A DNA stretch of 34,677 nucleotides from Vicinamibacteria bacterium (GTDB taxonomy: Bacteria; Acidobacteriota; Vicinamibacteria; Fen-336; JAGNNV01), in contig JANLWV010000299.1 in NCBI GenBank assembly GCA_031364765.1, positions 1-34,677 on the forward strand, written 5' to 3'. The notes below the pieces were generated by a model that was given only the letters and a program-made list of their open reading frames with translations, searched no databases and was not told where the DNA came from. Position numbers and translations under genes: made by a program. Positions 16,801 through 24,706 of this stretch are shown here, piece after piece. Position 1 is the stretch's first letter. Each line of letters opens with the position of its first letter.

Positions 16801-17041
16801 ACGTGGCGGGGTTCGATTCCACCACCGCGAAGTCGTCGACCCGGCCACCCATGTTGGCGGGACCGATGTTCCGGAACTCCATGGCCTTGAATTGGTCGGC
16901 GTTCAGCGTCGCCAGCGCCGACGGCGCCGGCGTGGAAGTCGGCTTGGCCGACTTCTTCTGGGCGCTCGCGACCGAAGCGGTGAGCAGGAGCGAGAGGGTT
17001 GCGATTCCTGCGGTTCGGGTCAAGGTCCTGAGCGTCTGCAT
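13805..17041 (-). CDS. secreted BNR/Asp-box repeat protein (sortilin/VPS10-like, GH74-like double propeller)
   Basis: About 1078 aa. Signal peptide MQTLRTLTRTAGIATLSLLLTASVASAQ. At least 10 Asp-box motifs (STDAGKTF, TTDGGRTW, TTDGGATW, SEDKGETW, SEDGGKTW, SFDRGRTW, SKDRGDSW, TQDMGKTW...). Gly-rich C-terminal tracts (PGAGGGGGGFGGGPP, GFGFGGFGGG). ATG at 17041; a GTG one codon upstream is the listed start. Confidence 0.85.
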   Translation of the reverse strand: MQTLRTLTRTAGIATLSLLLTASVASAQKKSAKPTSTPAPSALATLNADQFKAMEFRNIGPANMGGRVDDFAVVESNPATFYVGMATAGILKTTNGGTTFEAIFINEEVSSIGDLALAPSDPSVLYVGTGEPNNRQSTSWGGGVYKSTDAGKTFQYIGLKETQYIGRVLVHPTNPDVVYVAALGRLYGPNKERGIYKTTDGGRTWANVKFLDENTGMIDIAMDPESPNTLYAGSYQRRRTPFGYNGGGPGGGLFKTTDGGATWKKLTSGLPSTGDMGRIGVTVYRRDPNIVMALIEHRTEFGIYRSEDKGETWVKLSNSNPRPSYYSQIHIDPNNDQRLWVLGAPMYNSEDGGKTWRQNLVQRIHGDYHALWINPANSNHVLAGSDGGTHQSFDRGRTWDHLNSVPLGQFYEVSADNQKPYNVCGGLQDNGTWHGPSRTTVREGIQFNDWKTIGGGDGFHCVIDPVDPSTVYVESQDGNVSRVNLKNLERTSIRPVPADPKERYRFNWNSPIVVSTHDHNTVFYGGNKFFISKDRGDSWTELSGDLTDNEKRDEKPIFGKTAKEFMSRNDGVVHWGTATTIAQSPLKAEVLWFGADDGNLHVTQDMGKTWTKLSDKTPGVPKGTYVSRIEPSRTNAGAAYVTFDGHRGDDFKAYAFFTPDFGATWKNVTSNLPEGGTVSVLREHPKNPDVLFVGTERALWASFNRGGSWMKIKSGLPTIPVDDIFIHPIENDLVLATHGRSVWILDNLEGLSGMSESVATKPLHLFGNKTGIQWRIAAVGASNGHKVFNGPNPPDGAAIQYWLKDAAGEKDTVTITITDSKGEKVRDIVGTKTAGLNRVMWDLRHTPPPAPDPGAGGGGGGFGGGPPRGPLVYPGLYSVKVSAGASTSDVQPITVEEDPRIQISESDRKAWYDMQIETARLAPQLQLGMRTVTTLGTQLREIKTQIGRNPRTPEAVSKALQALLEKVEGLGGREPAVEPPGFAGAPLADAPQTIQQRIGFGFGGFGGGMTLAPTAAQKEAFARAQKELAEFGETIRTITQTDVPALNKLLLEAGVGRISLPMGGPGGGPRPPEGDLER

Positions 17042-17072
17042 CACCGGATTTTGGGGCCAGGGGGTCGAATCG

Positions 17073-18161
17073 TCAACTGTGCTTCAGGACCTGGTGGATC
17101 CAGGCGGCCAGTTCCTCGGCAATGAAGCGATGCCCGAGGGCCGAGGGATGAAGGTCGGTCGGAGAGAGAGCGAGGGACGACCTGGCGTAGTCGGGCGCGC
17201 CCAGGCTGCGCGCGCGTTGTCGAAGCGCGGAACGCAGCACGAGGACGGGGATGCCGTTCTTCGCGAGAGCTTTCAGCATGGCGTCCTCGAACCAGACGCC
17301 GTGGGTGAGAGCGAGAACGGGGATGCGGCGGGCTCGACCAAGTTCCGCGAGGTCTCTGAGCGCCCGCTCGAAGGAGGCGAGCCCCACCATCGACGCGTAC
17401 CGGGGCGGGACGTGAGCGGCGTCGCGCGAGAACGTCTCGACCGGACCTCCTCCCCTCCGCGGCGCTTCGGACAAGCCCGTGGCTGCGCTTTCGCTGCCCC
17501 CGCTCGCGGCGAGCCGGCCGCGCACGAAGTCGAGGAGAAATAGGCGGCGGAGTGTCCAGGGTTCCACCGCGCTCCAAAGAAAGTTCGGGAGGTCGAGGTC
17601 GTTGCCGACGATCTCAATCAGAACGAGGTCCGGTTCGAGCGTCGCTGCTCGTGCCCGAAGCATCTCCACCTCCATCACGGTATTGAAACCGGGCACCGCG
17701 AGGTTCACCGGCTCCGCCAGTCTGCCCGAGAGGAAACCGTTCGCCGGGTCGGTGAGGCGGGCGAGGTACGTCTCGTCATCGGACACGCCCTGGCCGAACA
17801 TGTATGAGTCGCCGATGCCGACGATCCGATAGACACTCGCGGGTTTCGGGCTCGCCACGTCGCGACCGCGATGCCCGGCATCGGACGTGGTGAGGCGGCC
17901 GCCGCTGAAAACTACGTCGAGCCGCCGCCTGAGTTCATAGACGATCCGAGGATTCTCAGACTTTCGGATGATCTGGCCGAGCGTCGCCACGGAGCCGGGG
18001 CTCGGCCCCCTGGTTCGCGCCAGATCGCGATCAAGGCGGCCCTGCCGCGACTCTTCGCGAACGGCCAGAACGCGCACGCCCGTTTCGAGAATGACGAGTC
18101 CAAGGGCCATGCCCAGCGCGACCAGCAACAGCACCGGCAACCGGCCGCGGAGTCGAGTCAT
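17073..18161 (-). CDS. membrane-anchored SGNH/GDSL-family hydrolase
   Basis: Only the last 362 aa of listed ORF 17073..20144 look real. ATG at 18159-18161 (MTRLRGRLPVLLLVALGMALGLVIL, a TM anchor). SGNH blocks GIGDSYMFG, VPGFN, EIVGNDL and DLHPSALGH. Confidence 0.75.
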   Translation of the reverse strand: MTRLRGRLPVLLLVALGMALGLVILETGVRVLAVREESRQGRLDRDLARTRGPSPGSVATLGQIIRKSENPRIVYELRRRLDVVFSGGRLTTSDAGHRGRDVASPKPASVYRIVGIGDSYMFGQGVSDDETYLARLTDPANGFLSGRLAEPVNLAVPGFNTVMEVEMLRARAATLEPDLVLIEIVGNDLDLPNFLWSAVEPWTLRRLFLLDFVRGRLAASGGSESAATGLSEAPRRGGGPVETFSRDAAHVPPRYASMVGLASFERALRDLAELGRARRIPVLALTHGVWFEDAMLKALAKNGIPVLVLRSALRQRARSLGAPDYARSSLALSPTDLHPSALGHRFIAEELAAWIHQVLKHS

Positions 18162-18383
18162 CAGGGGTCCAAGTCTAGTGTCCCGTCGTAAGTACGTGGC
18201 ACATGCGAGCGTTGAGGCGCCCGGAGCGCAAGGCGCTGAGGAGGCCGCATATTGAACATAGGCAACGACGAACAACGCACCGATCCGAGATACATCGACG
18301 CTCCCATCTGACGCGCACTTATGACGCTGAACCCTGGGTCGCGCTCCCGGCTCAGCGCGCGGCCGCGCTACACTCGAACGAGC

Positions 18384-19820
18384 ATGAACACGCGTTTTCG
18401 TTGCCACATCTCGATCCTCTGGTTCAGCACTTTTGTCGCCTGTGCGACCAACCCCGCCACCGGCAAGCGGCAGCTGATGCTGGTGAGCGAAGGCCAGGAA
18501 GCGGCGATGGGGAAGGAGGCCGACGAACAGTTCCACGGCGTCTACGGCGACTTTCCGGATCGGAGCGTTCAGTCCTACGTCGAGTCGGTGGCGCGACCGC
18601 TGGCCGCGGTGTCGGAGCGCCCGGGCCTCCCCTGGACGTTCCGGGTGGTCGACGACGCCCAGGTGAACGCCTTCGCTTTGCCCGGCGGGTCCGTCTACAT
18701 CACGCGCGGCATCCTCGCCCACATGAACTCGGAGGCCGAACTCGCAGCCGTTCTCGGCCACGAGATTGGCCACGTGACCGCCCGCCACTCGGCGAGCTCG
18801 CAGAGCAAGCAGTTGCTCGGCATGGTCGGCCTCGGCGTCGGAATGATCCTGTCGCCCACCCTGCGCCAGGGCGGCGATGCGCTGGGACAGGCCTTCGGTC
18901 TGGTGTTTCTGAAGTTCGGCCGCGACCAGGAAAGCCAGGCGGATCAGCTCGGCCTCCGTTACATCGTCCGCAAGGACTACAACCCGGAAGAGATGCTCGA
19001 TGTCTTCCGCATGCTCGACGGCGTGAACACATCGAGCGGGGGAGACCGATTGCCGAACTGGCTTTCGACTCACCCCGCACCTCCCAATCGCCTGGCCGAC
19101 ATGAAGAAGATCATTCAGGAACAGGGTGCTTTGGGAAGCCGGGTGGGACGCCCGGAGTTCATGCGGCAACTGGACGGTCTCATGTTTGGCGAGAATCCCC
19201 GCGAGGGCTTCTTCCGGGAGCAGGTCTTCTATCACCCCGACATGGCCTTCAGGATCGTCTTCCCGCAGGGTTGGGCCACCCTGAACGAGAAACAGGGTGT
19301 GTCCTCGACGCCGTCCACCAAAGACGCGGTGGTTCAACTCACCCTGGCACCGGGCGAACCAGACGCGGCGGCCGCGGAGTTCGCGAGGCGGCAGGGCGTG
19401 CAGGCGGGGTCGATTGAGCGCGGCGACGTGAACGGCTTTCCGGCGGCGTCCCTCCAGTTTCAGATTCAGGACCAGCAAAACGGGGCGCTCCAGGGAATGG
19501 TGACGTTTGTGAAGCATGGCGGAAGGACGCTCCAGTTGCTGGGTTACACCACAGAGGCACGGTACGGCGCGTACCGGTCGAGTTTCGCTAGCTGGATTCG
19601 CAGCTTCGAGCGGCTGAGCGATCAGCGCATTCTCTCGGTCCAGCCGATGCAGCTCCGGATCGAGACGCTTCGGTCCGCGGCCACGATTTCGAGTTTGGCC
19701 CGCGACTGGAACTCGCCGGTCAAGGCGGAGACTCTGGCGCTGATCAACGCCGTCACACTGACCGCGTCGATTCCGGCGGGGACTCAGGTCAAGCGGGTGG
19801 TCGGCGAGAAGGTTCAATAG
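18384..19820 (+). CDS. M48-family zinc metallopeptidase, probable lipoprotein
   Basis: HEIGHV zinc motif (LGHEIGHVTARH) and downstream QESQADQLG. From ATG 18384 the N-terminus MNTRFRCHISILWFSTFVAC|A is a lipoprotein signal with a lipobox; the listed ORF starts 21 codons earlier. Confidence 0.8.
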   Translation: MNTRFRCHISILWFSTFVACATNPATGKRQLMLVSEGQEAAMGKEADEQFHGVYGDFPDRSVQSYVESVARPLAAVSERPGLPWTFRVVDDAQVNAFALPGGSVYITRGILAHMNSEAELAAVLGHEIGHVTARHSASSQSKQLLGMVGLGVGMILSPTLRQGGDALGQAFGLVFLKFGRDQESQADQLGLRYIVRKDYNPEEMLDVFRMLDGVNTSSGGDRLPNWLSTHPAPPNRLADMKKIIQEQGALGSRVGRPEFMRQLDGLMFGENPREGFFREQVFYHPDMAFRIVFPQGWATLNEKQGVSSTPSTKDAVVQLTLAPGEPDAAAAEFARRQGVQAGSIERGDVNGFPAASLQFQIQDQQNGALQGMVTFVKHGGRTLQLLGYTTEARYGAYRSSFASWIRSFERLSDQRILSVQPMQLRIETLRSAATISSLARDWNSPVKAETLALINAVTLTASIPAGTQVKRVVGEKVQ

Positions 19821-19845
19821 AACGAAGGAGGCTCGGGGACACGAC

Positions 19846-20637
19846 ATGGATCTCGGACTTAAAGGTCGCAGCGCCGCGGTGGCGGCGGCATCTCGAGGCC
19901 TCGGTCGGGCGACCGCTCTGGCTCTGGCCCGCGAAGGATGTCTGGTTGCGGTGTGCGGCCGCGACCCGAAGAAGATTCGGGCCTCGGCGGACTTCATCGA
20001 ACGGGAGACCGGCGGGCGCGCCCTGGCCGTCACCGCGGATGTGAGCTCGCCCGCGGACTGCGAACGGTTCATCGGCGAAACCGTCGGGGCCTTCGGAAGG
20101 TTAGACATCCTGGTCACCAACACGGGCGGCCCGCCCGCGGGCAACTTTGAAGTGACAGACGGCGCGGAATGGGCGAAGGCTTACACGGCCCTGCTCGCCA
20201 ACGTCCTGAATCTGGTCCGAGCCGCCGTCCCGCACATGAAACAGGCGAAGTGGGGAAGGATCCTTAACATCGCGTCGCTTTCGGTGAAGCAGCCCATTGA
20301 CAACCTGATCCTGTCGAATACGTTCCGGCCCGCCATTGCCGGATTCTCGAAGTCCCTGTCCAAGGAACTCGGTCCTCACGGGATTCTGGTGAACACCATC
20401 TGCCCGGGCTACACGCGCACGGACCGCCTGGAAGAGCTGGCTGAAGACAGGGTGAAGCGGGCGGGGATCACTAAAGACCAGTACTACGAGACGCTTGGCA
20501 AGAACGTCCCGCTCGGCCGCATCGCCGAGCCGGACGAGTTTGGCAACGTCGCCGCGTTCCTGTGCTCGGAGCGAGCGTCGTACGTGTCGGGGATCGCCCT
20601 GGCCGTCGACGGCGGCGCGAGCGTCGGCCTGGCGTAG
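19846..20637 (+). CDS. SDR-family oxidoreductase (FabG-like, atypical catalytic motif)
   Basis: 263 aa. Rossmann segment AVAAASRGLGRA and NTGG. Where YxxxK is expected, the sequence reads S-N-T-F-R (LILSNTFRPAIAGFSKSL). GAAGGAGG lies 14 nt upstream of the ATG. Confidence 0.8.
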   Translation: MDLGLKGRSAAVAAASRGLGRATALALAREGCLVAVCGRDPKKIRASADFIERETGGRALAVTADVSSPADCERFIGETVGAFGRLDILVTNTGGPPAGNFEVTDGAEWAKAYTALLANVLNLVRAAVPHMKQAKWGRILNIASLSVKQPIDNLILSNTFRPAIAGFSKSLSKELGPHGILVNTICPGYTRTDRLEELAEDRVKRAGITKDQYYETLGKNVPLGRIAEPDEFGNVAAFLCSERASYVSGIALAVDGGASVGLA

Positions 20638-20924
20638 GCTGCTGATCACCCTCAAGTGGAGCGGGTCCTGGGGGCGAGTGGGTCGCACGCGATCGGGGCG
20701 TTGATCGCGAGTCGCCGCTGTCCGTTACAGACGTTCGCGATCATCGAGCCGAGCAAGGAGCCACACGATTCCGAAGTTCCGGTAACTCAGTCGCGACGCG
20801 CGAGGCGTCCCCGACGCGTCGAGCCCGCTAGCCCCCTGGACCCGCGGGCCACAACGATGATGCGACTGGAGTGCTCTCCCTCAAGGCGCCGCCTTTTCGG
20901 CCGAGACTGCGCGCCCTCTTTTCA

Positions 20925-21863
20925 CTAGCGCGGGCCGTTGGTCCAGGGTTTCAGGACCGAGTACAGCGCCTTGATGATTGGCGTTTCGACGCCGTGCTTT
21001 TCGCCGAGCCGCACCGCAAAGCCCAGAAGGCCCTCCACCTCGATCTTCTTTCCCTGCTGAAGGTCGATCAGAAGCGAAGATCGCGTGTCCGGTTGGAGTG
21101 AGCCAATGTAGGCCTCAAGCTGGGCAATCGAGTCGGGCGCGAGTGTCACCCCTTCGGCGTGGGCGAGAGCGTGCATCTCTCGTGACGCGTCCAGGAAGGA
21201 CTGCTTCGTTCCCGGATCCGCCCAGAGCGGGCCGATGGGCTGGCGAGCCGCTCCGGTGAAGGCCGCGAAGGGCCCCAGGTACGTGTACTTCTCCCAGAGC
21301 GGAAAGCGTCCATCGGCGTGAGGCTCCGAGATGATGTCGGCGCCCACGAAAGCCTCATGAAGGACGCGCGCGCGGGGCGACAGGTCGCTCGTCAGGTTGA
21401 AGACTTCGCCAAACGCGATCCGTCGATGGGTTCCGGTCTGGACGATCCGGCCGGGCTCCACCAGAGCGGTGGCGACATACGTCGGGCCGGCCATCACCCG
21501 TGCCTCGCCCACAACTTCGGCCAGAGCGTACGGACTTGAGACTCCGTTTTGCAGGGTCAGGACATAGGCCACTTTCGCGCCTTGATCGAGAAGCTGCTTG
21601 ACCAGAGGAATGGCGGTGTCGTTGTCGTACGTCTTCGTTGCGAGCAGGACAACGTCGGTATCGCGAACCTCGGCCGCGGTCTCCTCGGCGCGGGGTTTGA
21701 CCTGGAAATCGCCGAGAGCCGCGCTCTCGATGGTCAGGCCCTTCTCGCGCAGCGCCGCGAGGTTTCTGCCCCGAGCGATCAGGGTGACGTCATGACCCGC
21801 TCGCTGCAGCTTCGCCCCGTAGTAGCCGCCCACGGCTCCTGAGCCGACGATGGCAAATCGCAT
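20925..21863 (-). CDS. panE: 2-dehydropantoate 2-reductase (ketopantoate reductase, PanE/ApbA family)
   Basis: ATG at 21861-21863 gives MRFAIVGSGAVGGYYGAKL (Rossmann). Length 312 aa, with the C-terminal ApbA-type helical domain (...SSLLIDLQQGKKIEVEGL...). Confidence 0.75.
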   Translation of the reverse strand: MRFAIVGSGAVGGYYGAKLQRAGHDVTLIARGRNLAALREKGLTIESAALGDFQVKPRAEETAAEVRDTDVVLLATKTYDNDTAIPLVKQLLDQGAKVAYVLTLQNGVSSPYALAEVVGEARVMAGPTYVATALVEPGRIVQTGTHRRIAFGEVFNLTSDLSPRARVLHEAFVGADIISEPHADGRFPLWEKYTYLGPFAAFTGAARQPIGPLWADPGTKQSFLDASREMHALAHAEGVTLAPDSIAQLEAYIGSLQPDTRSSLLIDLQQGKKIEVEGLLGFAVRLGEKHGVETPIIKALYSVLKPWTNGPR

Positions 21864-21943
21864 GGGCCGGATTCTCTCAGGCCGCCGCCACACCGTGACG
21901 CGCCTCAGCGCTCGGATGCGGGAAGACCCCGGGGAAGGGGGTT

Positions 21944-22147
21944 CTAGTCGATGATGAAGGTGACCAGCATGTTCGCCTGGTACGCGACGATCTTTCCCTT
22001 CTTGATCTCTACCTTCTGTTCCTTGATCCAGGCGGAGGTGACGCCGCGAAGCGTCTTGGTGGCCCGGGAGATGCCCGACGTGATGGCATCCTCGAAGCTC
22101 TTCTCGGAACGTGCGGTGATCTCGGTGACGCGGGCGACTGAATTCAT
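21944..22147 (-). CDS. dodecin-family flavin-binding protein
   Basis: 67 aa from ATG 22145-22147, preceded by AAGGAG. MNSVARVTEITARSEKSFEDAITSGISRATKTLRGVTSAWIKEQKVEIKKGKIVAYQANMLVTFIID matches the dodecin/DUF1458 pattern. Confidence 0.8.
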   Translation of the reverse strand: MNSVARVTEITARSEKSFEDAITSGISRATKTLRGVTSAWIKEQKVEIKKGKIVAYQANMLVTFIID

Positions 22148-22337
22148 GGTGTTCTCCTTGGATTGTGGCGAAGACCCGGGCGGCACTCTGTCCGCGCCTT
22201 CACAAGAACGTGAAGCTCGCAGCGAGTCGACTCCGGGTGGTCGAGGGTAGTCGCCGGTCTCCGCGACGTCGGTTCGGCACCGCACGCTAAGTGCCCCGGT
22301 CCATACGCGGCCGACGCGGAGTTCTCGCCTGCGATCC

Positions 22338-22366
22338 TTGACGTCTCTTCGCGGCCCACTTATAGT
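22338..22366 (+). promoter_or_regulatory. sigma70 promoter candidate for the nuo cluster
   Basis: TTGACG (22338-22343) - 17 nt - TATAGT (22361-22366), about 90 nt upstream of the nuoA ATG. Confidence 0.5.
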
Positions 22367-22456
22367 CCGCCCGCTTCGTGCTTTAGGTGGCGCGCCCTGT
22401 TCGAAGAGGCGCCCCGACCCCTCCTCCGATCCGAGAATTCAAGGCTCCACAACAAG

Positions 22457-22834
22457 ATGACGCCCCTCGCAGCCACTTCAAGCCTGCCGGCCTATTTTCC
22501 GGTGGTGCTTCTCTTCCTCGCCGCGACTGGCTTCGCGATATTCAATGTGGTGCTTTCGCAGCTTCTGGGACGGCCGCGGCCGAATCCCGCGAAGGACTCG
22601 GTGTACGAGTGCGGCGTCCCCTCCGTGGCGAAGCTTTCCGAGCGGTTTCCCATCAAGTTCTATCTGGTCGCCATGTTGTTCATCCTTTTCGACGTGGATG
22701 CGGCGTTCCTCTACCCGTGGGCCCTCGTCTTCAAAGAGCTGGGAATGTTCGGCTTCGTCGAGATGATGATTTTCATGGGCATCCTGGGCGCCGGCTTTGC
22801 CTACGCCTGGAAGTCGGGCGCGCTCGAGTGGTAA
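22457..22834 (+). CDS. nuoA: NADH-quinone oxidoreductase subunit A
   Basis: 125 aa, three TM segments, DSVYECG and FDVDAAFLYPWA motifs. Confidence 0.9.
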   Translation: MTPLAATSSLPAYFPVVLLFLAATGFAIFNVVLSQLLGRPRPNPAKDSVYECGVPSVAKLSERFPIKFYLVAMLFILFDVDAAFLYPWALVFKELGMFGFVEMMIFMGILGAGFAYAWKSGALEW

Positions 22835-22899
22835 TCGAGACCAAGACGAATTCCAGAGCGTTCAGAAGCTCAAGGCGACCCGAGTAAGACCAAGACCCC

Positions 22900-24696
22900 A
22901 TGCCCTTTACCGCCGCGAATCGGAAGAAGCTCGACGAAACGATCGGGAAGTACCCGGTCAAGCGGTCGGCGCTTTTGCCAGCGCTTCGCCTGGCCCAGGA
23001 GCAGGACGGGTACATCACGCCCGAGGCGATGGCCGAGATCGCGGAGATTCTGAGCCTTTCCACCGCTCAGGTTCACGACACCGCGAGCTTCTACACCATG
23101 TTCTCCCTCAAGCCCGAAGGGAAGACCCTGATCGAGGTGTGCACCACGCTTTCGTGCGCCCTGGCTGGGTCGGAAGAGTTGATGAAGCGGACGTGCGCCA
23201 AGCTCGGCGTCAAGCCGCACGAGACCACTCCGGACGGCAGGTTCACGGTGAAACCCGTCGAGTGCCTGGCCGCCTGCGGTGGCTCTCCCGCGGTTCAGGT
23301 GAACGGCGAGTGGCTCGAGAACTGCACCGACCAGGACATGGACCGTGTCATCGCCGGCGAGACCGTCTACCGGCCCTTCGAGTGGCCGAAGAGCCCGGGC
23401 GAGATGCTCCTGTTCAGGAACGTCTGGACGAAGGACTCGCAGTCGATCGAGGTCTATAAGAAGAGCGGCGGGTACGCAAATCTGAAGAAATACCTCGAAA
23501 TGCCGCCCGACCACATCGTCGATCAGGTGAAGAAGTCGAGCCTGCGCGGACGGGGCGGAGCCGGTTTCCCGACCGGTCTCAAGTGGACGTTCCTGCCCAA
23601 GGATTCCCCCAAGCCACGGTATCTGTGCGTGAACGCGGACGAGTCGGAGCCCGGCACGTACAAGGATCGCGTCATCATCGAGAAGGATCCGCACCAGCTC
23701 ATCGAATCGTGCGTCGTCTCCTGCCACGCGATCCGGTCGAAGAGCTGCTACATCTACATCCGCGGCGAGTTCCACGAAGGCGCGCGCATCCTCAACAAGG
23801 CGGTGGAAGAGGCCTACGCCGCCGGCTACGTCGGCAAGAACATCCTGGGCACGGGGATCGACGTTGAGATGGTCGTGCATCGAGGCGCCGGCTCGTACGA
23901 GTGCGGTGAAGAGACGGCGCTGCTGGAGAGTCTCGAAGGCAAGCGCGGCCAGCCCCGGTTGAAGCCTCCTTTTCCGGCGGTCTCCGGGCTCTATGGCTGT
24001 CCGACCATCGTCAACAACGTTGAGACACTCATCAACGTCCCGCTCATTCTTGAGCGGGGCGCCGAGTGGTTCGCGTCGCTTGGACCTGAGAAGAATGGCG
24101 GCCCGAAGCTCTTTTCAATCAGTGGCGACGTAAAGCGGCCGGGCAACTACGAAGCCAACCTGGGCCGGATCACGCTTCGGCAGCTGGTTTACGACTACGC
24201 GGGCGGGCCACGCGACGGCCGCAAGATACGGGCGGTTATCCCGGGCGGCTCATCGGTGCCGATCCTGACCGATAGCGAGCTGGATGTCCCTCTCGACTTC
24301 GACAGCATCGTGAAGGCGGGTTCGATGCTCGGGTCGGCCGGCTGCATCGTGGCCGACGACTCGCGTTCGATGGTGGCCCTGGCCCGGAATCTGAGCGCTT
24401 TCTACAAGCACGAGTCGTGCGGCAAATGTTCGCCCTGCCGTGAGGGCACGGGCTGGCTCTATCGGATGCTGGTCCGGATCGAGAACGGCAAGGGCGAAGA
24501 GAAGGACATCGAAACCCTCAAGCAGGTCTGCGATTCCATCGCCGGCAAGACGCTTTGCGCCTTCGGTGACGCTGCCATCACTCCCGTGCTGTCGACGATC
24601 GACAAGTTCAAGGACGAGTACGAGTACTACATCCGCCATCACGGATCTTGGACCACCAGGGCCGAGACGTTCGCGGCCGCGCAGGGCAAGGCGTAG
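22900..24696 (+). CDS. nuoEF: fused NADH-quinone oxidoreductase subunits E and F (single 598-aa ORF)
   Basis: Residues 1 to about 150 are NuoE (SALLPALRLAQEQDGYIT; 2Fe-2S Cys CTTLSC...CLAACG). With no intervening stop, the ORF continues into NuoF (SGGY, GRGGAGFPTGLKW FMN/NADH site, GAGSYECGEETAL, N3 cluster ESCGKCSPCREG...LCAFGD). An internal Met at 23404-23406 lies near the expected NuoF N-terminus. Confidence 0.85.
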   Translation: MPFTAANRKKLDETIGKYPVKRSALLPALRLAQEQDGYITPEAMAEIAEILSLSTAQVHDTASFYTMFSLKPEGKTLIEVCTTLSCALAGSEELMKRTCAKLGVKPHETTPDGRFTVKPVECLAACGGSPAVQVNGEWLENCTDQDMDRVIAGETVYRPFEWPKSPGEMLLFRNVWTKDSQSIEVYKKSGGYANLKKYLEMPPDHIVDQVKKSSLRGRGGAGFPTGLKWTFLPKDSPKPRYLCVNADESEPGTYKDRVIIEKDPHQLIESCVVSCHAIRSKSCYIYIRGEFHEGARILNKAVEEAYAAGYVGKNILGTGIDVEMVVHRGAGSYECGEETALLESLEGKRGQPRLKPPFPAVSGLYGCPTIVNNVETLINVPLILERGAEWFASLGPEKNGGPKLFSISGDVKRPGNYEANLGRITLRQLVYDYAGGPRDGRKIRAVIPGGSSVPILTDSELDVPLDFDSIVKAGSMLGSAGCIVADDSRSMVALARNLSAFYKHESCGKCSPCREGTGWLYRMLVRIENGKGEEKDIETLKQVCDSIAGKTLCAFGDAAITPVLSTIDKFKDEYEYYIRHHGSWTTRAETFAAAQGKA

Positions 24697-24706
24697 GGCT
24701 TCAGTC

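Noticed and set aside
16804-16826. tRNA T-loop-like string GGGGTTCGATTCCACC
   Set aside because: The flanks cannot form a T-stem or an acceptor stem, and it lies inside the well-supported Asp-box protein CDS. No other tRNA-like structure was found in the window.
14828-17125. 765-aa ORF on the plus strand
   Set aside because: It is entirely antisense to the Asp-box protein gene. The composition is Arg/Gly/Val/His-rich and low in complexity, with no motifs. This is the typical stop-codon-poor antisense frame of high-GC DNA.
18196-18220. TGGCAC hexamer in the SGNH/M48 divergent region
   Set aside because: The -12 block is AGCG rather than TTGC, and the GC dinucleotide is out of register. It is not a sigma54 promoter.
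18162-20144. N-terminal 661 aa of the listed 1023-aa ORF 17073..20144
   Set aside because: This part is antisense to the M48 peptidase and SDR genes and is Arg/Pro-rich. Only the last 362 aa (from ATG 18161) show SGNH motifs and a sensible TM anchor.
20656-20928. 90-aa ORF in the SDR/panE gap
   Set aside because: The composition is Arg/Pro/Ser-rich, there is no Shine-Dalgarno or recognisable motif, and its end overlaps the panE stop. It is treated as non-coding (see the finding on the gap itself).
22276-22296. Third sigma54-like element on the minus strand (GGGCACttagcGTGC) upstream of dodecin
   Set aside because: GG-N10-GC spacing is correct, but both the -24 and -12 blocks deviate from consensus. 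It is about 125 nt from the ATG and is part of a simple GGCAC...GTGCC palindrome. That is too weak to call without a PWM score.
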